A stretch of DNA of 32,000 nt from Geobacter metallireducens GS-15. Its GTDB lineage: Bacteria; Desulfobacterota; Desulfuromonadia; Geobacterales; Geobacteraceae. The stretch is taken from assembly GCF_000012925.1 (NCBI RefSeq), contig NC_007517.1, positions 3,900,001-3,932,000 on the forward strand, read 5' to 3'. This document shows positions 26,280 to 32,000 of this stretch, one piece after another. Below the pieces are notes generated by a model that saw only the letters and a program-made list of their open reading frames with translations, ran no database searches and was not told the DNA's origin. Within the stretch, counting starts at the first letter, position 1; the number at the start of each line of letters is the position of its first letter. Both the position numbers and the translations under genes were made by a program.

Positions 26280-28754
26280 TCAACGCCGTACTTTCTCCAG
26301 CAGTCCCGGGGCCCGCCGGTCAAAGATGCGGTAGGCCCCCAGTTTTACCCGGTCCTCGATCACGAACCAGACAAGGGCGTAGGCCCAGACGATCCCGCCC
26401 CATGCCCAGCCGATGGGAGCCATGAAGAGGCCATAGACCGCGATGGCGGTGGCGACGAGCTGGGTGCCGACGGTGGCGGCCAGAAGGGCCGTGGCCGGCC
26501 GGTTGCTCCAGAACGGCCCCCGCGCCCTGGCGGCGAAGATGGTGAGGTGTCCCGATACCGAGAGTTTCAGGTAGATGAGGCTCTGGATGACGTCACGGCC
26601 AAGACCCGAGAGCCGTTCCGCCAGGTAGTAGAGACCGAAGGTTGCGACGACGCCGACGATGCCAAGCACCGTGGATACGCCGAGGACCACCGGCATGTTC
26701 CAGGATTGGGGCTCCGGGGCCGCCTCCTGCCGGTCGACGGCAATGGCGAGGATCGCCCCGTCGTTCAGAAGCGCCAGGAGCACGATCATCACCGCCGTGA
26801 CCGGATAGAAGTTGAAGACAAGGATCGAGAGGGTGATGAAGAGGAGAACCCGGATCGTCTCGGAGATCCGGTAGATGGTGTAGCTGTTCATCCGTCGGAA
26901 AATACGGCGGCTCTCGGTGACGGCGTCGATAATGACCGAGAGGCCGGGGGTGAGGAGAACGATGTCTGCCGCGGCCCGGGCGGCGTCGGTGGCCCCGGAG
27001 ACGGCAATTCCCGCATCCGCCTTCTTGAGGGCCGGAGCATCGTTGACGCCATCGCCGGTCATCCCCACGATGTGCCCCTGCTGCTGGAGGGCCTCGACAA
27101 TGTGGAACTTGTGCTCGGGGAAGACCTGGGCAAAGCCGTCGGCCTTGTCGATGGCGTCGGCGAGCCGTGAGGCCTCCCGGTAGTCGGCGCCGGTAAGGAG
27201 CGCGGCATCGAGAATCCGGTCCCCAAGGCCGAGCTCCCTGCCGATTTCCCGCGCAATGGCGAGTTGATCCCCCGTCACCATCTTGACCCGGGTCCCCATG
27301 CGACGGGCAGCGGCCAGGGTCTCCCGTGAATCGTCCCGTGGGGGGTCGAAGAGGGGGAGGATGCCGAGCATGCGCCACGCCCCTTCCTTGTCGGCGCGGG
27401 CCACACCGAGGGAGCGGAACCCCCGGGCCGCGAACGCCTCCACGGCTGCGTCGATCCGGGCTCGGACCTCGGGGGGAGGCGACGCAAGTCCAACGATGAC
27501 CTGGGGGGCTCCCTTGGTGACCGTGAAAGTGGTCCCGTCGGGGGCGGAAACCGTTGCCTCGGTCCGCTTGGTCACGGGGTCGAAGGGGACAAAGCGAAGC
27601 ACCCGGTATCCTTCCAGGGATGCTCCTGCCGGGAGTTTTCGTAAAATGGCCAGATCGATGGGATCGGCGTCCTCCCTTCGGGAAGCGAGGGCCGCGGCGA
27701 GGATGACGGCGTCAGGGTCGATCCCCTCGGTGCAGGAGGGAGCGCCGAGGGTGAGCTCGTTCTTCGTGAGGGTCCCGGTCTTGTCGGAGCAGAGGATATC
27801 CATCCCCGCAAGCTCTTCGATGGCGGCAAGGCGGCTCACGATGGCCTGGCGGCCGGCCAGGATCCGGGCTCCCACCGCCATGGTCACCGAGAGGATGGTC
27901 GGCATCGCCACCGGGATGGCCGCCACGGTCAGAACCAGGGCGAACTGGAGCGTTTCGCCGATTGGGTCCCCCCGAAAGAGGGCCACGGCGATGATCAGCA
28001 GCACGAGGCCAATGGCGACGATGATGAGGTAATCGCCGATCTTGAGAACGGCCCGCTGGAAGTGGCTGACGGTCCGGGCCTCCTCCACGAGCCGGGCGGT
28101 TTTCCCGAAGGATGTCTCCCGGCCGGTGGCGTAGACAAGGGCATTACCCTCGCCCCGCCTTACCACGGTTCCCGAGTAGACCGCCTCCCCCACCCCTCGC
28201 GAAACCGGGAGCGATTCGCCAGTCAGGGCCGACTGGTCCACCTCCAGGGGATTTCCTTCGATGAGGCGCCCATCGGCCGGGACGATGTCCCCGAGCCGGA
28301 GCCGGATCACATCTCCCGGGACCAGTTCCCGGGCAGGCACACTCTGCCACTCGCCACCACGCCGGGCCTTTGCCTTGAGGGCAAGGGTCTGCTTCAGGGC
28401 CGCAATGGCATTCCCCGCCTGGTACTCCTCCCAGAACCCCACGACGGCATTCACCATGAGGAGGACGATGATGATTCCGAAATCCTCCCAGTGCCCCACG
28501 AGCGCAGAGAGCAACGCCGCAGCCTCGATCATCCATGGGATAGGCCCCCAGAAGAAGGTGAGGAGTTTCCGGAAGGCGGAGGGCTCCCTTTCCTGGAGTT
28601 CGTTGTAGCCAACCTTTTCGAGACGTCGGGCAGCCTCGGTGGGGGAAAGTCCTTCGGGCGAAGAAGAGAGCCGGCCGAAGAGCTCGACAAGGGGGATCGT
28701 TTGCAGCGAAGGATCCTCAGCGGATCGTTCCTCGTTTACAGGGTTCTGGTTCAT
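26280..28754 (-). CDS. P-type ATPase of the plasma-membrane H+-ATPase (P3A-like) type
   Basis: CSDKTGTLTKNELTL (phosphorylation site), MVTGDQLAIA, and GMTGDGVNDAPALKKADAGIAVSGATDAARAAADIVLLTPGLSVIIDAV, which is very close to the fungal/plant PMA1/AHA hinge as I recall it. N-terminal LSPTEAARRLEKVGYNELQE. Start at 28754 (MNQNP) or 28781. Confidence 0.88.
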   Translation of the reverse strand: MNQNPVNEERSAEDPSLQTIPLVELFGRLSSSPEGLSPTEAARRLEKVGYNELQEREPSAFRKLLTFFWGPIPWMIEAAALLSALVGHWEDFGIIIVLLMVNAVVGFWEEYQAGNAIAALKQTLALKAKARRGGEWQSVPARELVPGDVIRLRLGDIVPADGRLIEGNPLEVDQSALTGESLPVSRGVGEAVYSGTVVRRGEGNALVYATGRETSFGKTARLVEEARTVSHFQRAVLKIGDYLIIVAIGLVLLIIAVALFRGDPIGETLQFALVLTVAAIPVAMPTILSVTMAVGARILAGRQAIVSRLAAIEELAGMDILCSDKTGTLTKNELTLGAPSCTEGIDPDAVILAAALASRREDADPIDLAILRKLPAGASLEGYRVLRFVPFDPVTKRTEATVSAPDGTTFTVTKGAPQVIVGLASPPPEVRARIDAAVEAFAARGFRSLGVARADKEGAWRMLGILPLFDPPRDDSRETLAAARRMGTRVKMVTGDQLAIAREIGRELGLGDRILDAALLTGADYREASRLADAIDKADGFAQVFPEHKFHIVEALQQQGHIVGMTGDGVNDAPALKKADAGIAVSGATDAARAAADIVLLTPGLSVIIDAVTESRRIFRRMNSYTIYRISETIRVLLFITLSILVFNFYPVTAVMIVLLALLNDGAILAIAVDRQEAAPEPQSWNMPVVLGVSTVLGIVGVVATFGLYYLAERLSGLGRDVIQSLIYLKLSVSGHLTIFAARARGPFWSNRPATALLAATVGTQLVATAIAVYGLFMAPIGWAWGGIVWAYALVWFVIEDRVKLGAYRIFDRRAPGLLEKVRR

Positions 28755-28921
28755 TCTCTGCAGTCCTTTGCGTGCCTTCATCCTGATAACGGTGGGTCAG
28801 GCTAAAGGATATCCCGTCCCGCTCCACAGGCAACCGCCCGGACGACTACTTTCCTCGCACTTGATCCGTGTTACACTTGTAGCAGGAAAGGCGTTCAAAT
28901 TTACTGACAGAGGTGAAAATC

Positions 28922-29383
28922 ATGGAAGATTTCAGGCGTATTCTCGTGGTGAGCAGAATGACCACCTACTGCCAGGAGGCGGTTCACTGCGGCGTCTCCC
29001 TCGCCCGCAAGTATGGCGCGGAACTCTTTCTTATCCACGCAATTCACAATCCGTTTGGACTTGAAGGATGGAACCTCCCCGTTGTTTCCCTCGAAAAGGA
29101 GTATGAGAAGATCACGCGGGAGGCCAAGGCAGACCTGGACAGGATTCTGGAGAGGGAACGAAGCAATGGTCTCCCGGTGGCCGAGTTGATCAGGAAAGGG
29201 GAGCCAACCAAGGAGATCCTGAAGGCGGTGGAAGAGCTGAAGATCGATCTTCTGATCATGCTCTCCCATGAAGAATGGCGTCTCGAGCATTTCCTGTTCG
29301 GAAGGAGCAACGAGGAGATCGTCCGGAAGATGCCCTGCTCGGTCCTTCTCGTAAAAAAGGAACCCCAGTCGGTGAAGTGGTAG
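28922..29383 (+). CDS. Universal stress protein (UspA family)
   Basis: MEDFRRILVVSRM...ELFLIHAI...IDLLIMLSHEE...GRSNEEIVRKMPCSVLLVKK. RBS GAGGTG 6 nt upstream. Confidence 0.82.
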   Translation: MEDFRRILVVSRMTTYCQEAVHCGVSLARKYGAELFLIHAIHNPFGLEGWNLPVVSLEKEYEKITREAKADLDRILERERSNGLPVAELIRKGEPTKEILKAVEELKIDLLIMLSHEEWRLEHFLFGRSNEEIVRKMPCSVLLVKKEPQSVKW

Positions 29384-29448
29384 GAAGGTCGCCTTGCCAA
29401 CCAGCCATCAGCAGAGTGATGCAGCGAACGTGGCAAGGCGTGGGTAGA

Positions 29449-29481
29449 GGGGCAAAGGAGCCGTTCCGGCTCCTTTGCCCC
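29449..29481. terminator. Hairpin between the convergent usp and pal genes
   Basis: Perfect 15-bp stem GGGGCAAAGGAGCCG / CGGCTCCTTTGCCCC with a 3-nt loop. There is no clear U tract on either side. Confidence 0.55.
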
Positions 29482-29492
29482 CATGGTTTCCG

Positions 29493-30077
29493 TTACTTGA
29501 CCATTACGACGAATTCATCCCGCCTGTTTTTTGCCCAGGCTGCTTCGTCGTGTCCCGGATCAGCGGGTTTTTCCTCTCCGTAACTGATGATGGAGAGGCG
29601 ATCGGCCGGCACACCCATGGTAAGCAGGTATTTCATTGCTGCCTGTGCCCTCCTCTCCCCAAGGGCAAGATTGTACTCGTCAGAACCCCGCTCGTCGCAG
29701 TTCCCTTCTATCCGCACCTTGAAACTGGCACTCTTTAACAACTCGGCGTTCTTGACCAGTGTTTCCCGCCCTTCCGAAGAAAGCACGGACGAGTCGAAAT
29801 TAAAGAAAATCTTGGTAAGGGCAGCCTGCAGTTGAGCTTCTGTCATAGTGCCCTTTGCGGCACCTTCCTTGGACTGGTCTTTGGACTGAACCTCCTTGGC
29901 CGGCGGAGTCTTGATTCCCCCATCCTTTACTGCCGGCTTGGCAACGGCCGCTTGAGCAGTCTTGTTTGATGCGACCGGGACCATCTCATCTTTCTTTATC
30001 GTCTCGTTTTTGGCACAACCTGCCACCGCAAGGATTCCGATGCTTAACATTGTGACACGACACAACATTTTTCTCAT
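29493..30077 (-). CDS. pal: Peptidoglycan-associated lipoprotein (Pal / OmpA-C family)
   Basis: Lipobox ILAVAGC, a low-complexity linker, then the OmpA-like domain FNFDSSVLSSEGRETL...IEGNCDERGSDEYNLALGERRAQAAMKYL...YGEEKP. Confidence 0.88.
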   Translation of the reverse strand: MRKMLCRVTMLSIGILAVAGCAKNETIKKDEMVPVASNKTAQAAVAKPAVKDGGIKTPPAKEVQSKDQSKEGAAKGTMTEAQLQAALTKIFFNFDSSVLSSEGRETLVKNAELLKSASFKVRIEGNCDERGSDEYNLALGERRAQAAMKYLLTMGVPADRLSIISYGEEKPADPGHDEAAWAKNRRDEFVVMVK

Positions 30078-30140
30078 GGCGATACTTCTCCTGGTAAAAA
30101 TGGAAGCTGATTGGCATCAAATTTTCCGCTTCGGCGATTA

Positions 30141-30255
30141 CATCATCCCCTCTCCCTGAGGGAGAGGGCCAGGGTGAGGGGGGAGTGGCGATATCGTGTC
30201 GCTCCCCTCATCCGGCCTTCGGCCACCTTCTTCCCTAGAGAGAAGGTTTTAGCAG
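30141..30255. repeat. REP-like GC-rich multi-hairpin element
   Basis: CCCTCTCCCT-G-AGGGAGAGGG perfect 10-bp palindrome (30148-30168), followed by GGGTGAGGGG, GGGGAG..GCGA/TCGC..TCCCC, GGCCTTCGGCC and CCTTCT...AGAAGGTTTT. The CCCCTCTCCC...GAGGGAGAGGG...AGGGTGAGGGG motif is a widespread intergenic repeat type in proteobacteria. Confidence 0.5.
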
Positions 30256-30340
30256 AGATCAGTGCCAATCAGAAAATGGAATGAATGGTGATTACGTCCG
30301 GAACATGCCTGACGTCAACGAACAGAGAGAACAAAATGTA

Positions 30341-30676
30341 TCAGGCGTACGCTAGGGGAGGTGCTCTGGCGGAAATGAAGCAGAGTACGGAAGAAACAAT
30401 CTTGTGGGGTTCGAAATGGACGGCTGAAACCCGTGGCGCTGATACATTGAAGAACTCGGCTCGATGGCAGAGTTCAACCGCCTGACCGTGTTTTTCAATA
30501 CCTGCCTGTGTCGTTTTTACCTGAGTTTCAATTACGGCACGGGGCCGTGACGTGGGTTTCTGGGGTCTTGCTATGTTCGGAGTTCTCGTCCCCAGAAACA
30601 CGAGGACAAGGGAAACGGTCACTATGACCGGCCACAGAACCCTTTTATCTGCAAGAGAAACCCTCCACTCTTTCAT
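30341..30676 (-). CDS. Hypothetical small membrane protein (weak call)
   Basis: 111-aa ORF with one predicted TM helix (VLWPVIVTVSLVLVFLG). No convincing RBS, locally lower GC, and nothing I recognise by similarity. Confidence 0.3.
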   Translation of the reverse strand: MKEWRVSLADKRVLWPVIVTVSLVLVFLGTRTPNIARPQKPTSRPRAVIETQVKTTQAGIEKHGQAVELCHRAEFFNVSAPRVSAVHFEPHKIVSSVLCFISARAPPLAYA

Positions 30677-30746
30677 GAGAACACTATCTATACCGAATAG
30701 AGGAGCATTGCAAGGAATTCTCTGAAAACCTGAAGGCTATCAGCAG

Positions 30747-30796
30747 GCAAGCAAAAAGGCCGTCTCCCTCTCATAGGGGACGGCCTTTTTGCTTGC
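30747..30796 (-). terminator. Rho-independent terminator downstream of the small-protein pair
   Basis: GCAAGCAAAAAGGCCGTC.CC / GGGGACGGCCTTTTTGCTTGC, a ~20-bp stem containing A/T runs. It lies 65 nt after the stop at 30862. Confidence 0.75.
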
Positions 30797-30861
30797 GGCT
30801 CCATTAATTCTCCCGTGCCGGGCACCCGATCATCTTGAGGCCGCAGTGGTTGCCGTGCGTT

Positions 30862-31095
30862 CTAGCGGCTCTTCACCTCAGCTTTTTCGCCGAAGCTCTC
30901 CTTAACCCCTTTGGCCATGCCGAGCATGGTGAGAACCGCCGGGACCATCTGGGCCACGATGATCAGGGCGCAGAACCCGAGGAAAATCCACACGAACACG
31001 CCGCTGTTGTCTTCCCGTGCTCCCGATGCCGCCAGGGCCGACGTTACGCTCCCCATTACCAGTGCCAGTGTGCCGGCTGCAGTTCTCGCTCTCAT
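30862..31095 (-). CDS. Small membrane protein (77 aa), paralogue B
   Basis: ATG at 31095 with AAGGAGA 5 nt upstream. Sequence MRARTAAGTLALVMGSVTSALAASGAREDNSGVFVWIFLGFCALIIVAQMVPAVLTMLGMAKGVKESFGEKAEVKSR: a signal-like N-terminus, an acidic spacer, one TM helix and a charged tail. Confidence 0.65.
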   Translation of the reverse strand: MRARTAAGTLALVMGSVTSALAASGAREDNSGVFVWIFLGFCALIIVAQMVPAVLTMLGMAKGVKESFGEKAEVKSR

Positions 31096-31157
31096 GGCCG
31101 TCTCCTTTCTCATCGTATTCGTATTGTGCCGGTCTCTGACCGGGTTGTTTCCGAAAC

Positions 31158-31376
31158 CTAGCGGGCACCTTCCTCTTCCTTGCCCGAGAAGAGCCCCTTT
31201 ACCATGGAGCCGAGCAGGACGATTGCCGGGATGGTCTGGAAGGCGATGACGGCGGCGCCCAGGGTCAGGAACAACGGGGCGAGGAATCCCCCTTCGTCGG
31301 CGGCTGCGCCGCTGGCGGCAAGGGCTGAAGAAGCGGTGACTATCGTAACGATCAGGGCGTTGGCTATGGCTTTCAT
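31158..31376 (-). CDS. Small membrane protein (72 aa), paralogue A
   Basis: Strong RBS AAGGAGGA. Sequence MKAIANALIVTIVTASSALAASGAAADEGGFLAPLFLTLGAAVIAFQTIPAIVLLGSMVKGLFSGKEEEGAR. It aligns with paralogue B (SALAASGA...; AFQTIPAIVLLGSMVKG against VAQMVPAVLTMLGMAKG). Confidence 0.7.
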   Translation of the reverse strand: MKAIANALIVTIVTASSALAASGAAADEGGFLAPLFLTLGAAVIAFQTIPAIVLLGSMVKGLFSGKEEEGAR

Positions 31377-31426
31377 GACATCCTCCTTGTTTTCCGGTGC
31401 TAACTGATTGCTTTTGTCTTTTACAT

Positions 31427-31442
31427 AGCATCGGGCATGCCA
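31427..31442 (-). promoter_or_regulatory. Sigma-54 (-24/-12) promoter
   Basis: The minus strand reads TGGCATGCCCGATGCT, against the consensus TGGCAC-N5-TTGCW. GG and GC are at the exact canonical spacing. It lies 51 nt upstream of the ATG at 31376. Confidence 0.65.
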
Positions 31443-31680
31443 GGAGTATGAAAATTTATTATTATTTTATAACATATTGAAATTACTGAATGATTATTCG
31501 AAGCATCCGGCAACGGAGATACGGCGGGGGAGGAAATCGTATAGGGGGGGCATACATGCTGGGAAGGGAAATCTCTCCTTCCCTGAAACACATCAGTGTA
31601 ACAGCTTGATATTACTCATCACTAAACCTCGTATCGGGTGCATATAAAAATAATGCGTCTTAAGAAAAAATTCTAACTCC

Positions 31681-32000
31681 TCACCCATGGCGCGAGGCGA
31701 CGGCCGAAAGGTCGGCCGCCAGGAGATCCACGTCCGCCTCGGTGGTCTCCCAGGAGCACATGAAACGGGCCCCGCCGGAGCCGATGAAGGAATAGAAGTG
31801 CCACCCCCGCTCCTGGAGGGCGGCGGCCACCTCAGGGGAGAAGTCGGCGAAGACCGAATTGGCCTGGCGGGGGAAACGGATTCCCACGCCGGGAATCTCC
31901 CGCAGGCGGGCCTCCAGCCTGGCGGCGCAGGCGTTGGCGTTGGCCGCGCGGGTGAGCCAGGCGCCGCTTTCCAGCATGCCGACCCAGGGGGCGGCCAGGA
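31681..32000 (-). CDS. Threonine aldolase / beta-eliminating lyase family protein, C-terminal part (gene starts beyond the right edge)
   Basis: The reading frame is open to the window edge (...LAAPWVGMLESGAWLTRAANANACAARLEARLREIPGVGIRFPRQANSVFADF...GWHFYSFIGSGGARFMCSWETTEADVD). The pattern matches low-specificity threonine aldolases as I recall them. Confidence 0.7.
   Translation of the reverse strand, partial: LAAPWVGMLESGAWLTRAANANACAARLEARLREIPGVGIRFPRQANSVFADFSPEVAAALQERGWHFYSFIGSGGARFMCSWETTEADVDLLAADLSAVASRHG

Noticed and set aside
30285-30485. 66-aa plus-strand ORF overlapping the 30341-30676 minus-strand ORF
   Set aside because: There is no RBS, no recognisable motif, and no hydrophobic or structured pattern. 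I kept only the minus-strand ORF, and that only at low confidence.
31113-31431. Long 189-aa version of ORF 30862-31431, spanning both small genes
   Set aside because: Its N-terminal 112 residues are Arg/Pro/Gly-rich and overlap paralogue A in another frame. The internal ATG at 31095 has an AAGGAGA RBS and yields a protein that aligns with paralogue A.

Overview
High-GC (about 60%) bacterial chromosomal segment. It looks like a Geobacter/Desulfuromonadales-type genome; this is an inference from the PAS-rich sensor kinases, the GEMM-I riboswitches and the sigma-54 promoter architecture, not a database result. Contents from left to right: (1) A minus-strand signalling operon with two tandem paralogous giant Cache/HAMP/multi-PAS histidine kinases and a translationally coupled response regulator that runs off the left edge. 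(2) A decayed accessory patch next to tRNA-Asn(GTT). It holds an IS3 transposase fragment, a frameshifted DUF45/HExxH metallohydrolase remnant, an apparently intact ISL3 element with terminal repeats and a target-site duplication, a truncated P-loop ATPase and the last ~50 codons of a type I R-M HsdS subunit. I read this as the relic of a type I restriction-modification locus. (3) A 92/91-bp perfect-tandem duplication, followed by a CoA-disulfide-reductase-like flavoprotein fused to rhodanese. (4) The most interesting part: two tandem GEMM-I-type cyclic-dinucleotide riboswitches, each with its own terminator and each with A at the G20-equivalent position (the cGAMP-type signature). They precede a three-gene envelope cassette: an ErfK/YbiS-type L,D-transpeptidase with LysM and SPOR domains, a Braun-lipoprotein-like alanine-zipper lipoprotein ending in Arg-Lys, and a YafK/DpaA-like YkuD protein with a TPR domain. 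(5) A 7-kb co-directional minus-strand array: qNOR nitric oxide reductase, ferredoxin, DUF488, IorA/IorB-like molybdenum hydroxylase and a K-channel-like membrane protein. It is divergent from a RIC/YtfE di-iron repair gene that overlaps a PP2C phosphatase gene. (6) An outer-membrane barrel, a plant/fungal-type (P3A-like) P-type ATPase, a universal stress protein, Pal, a REP-like palindromic region, two tandem small membrane-protein paralogues behind a textbook sigma-54 promoter, and the 3' part of a threonine aldolase gene. I saw no rRNA and no CRISPR array. Many long ORFs in the supplied track are antisense shadows of real genes.
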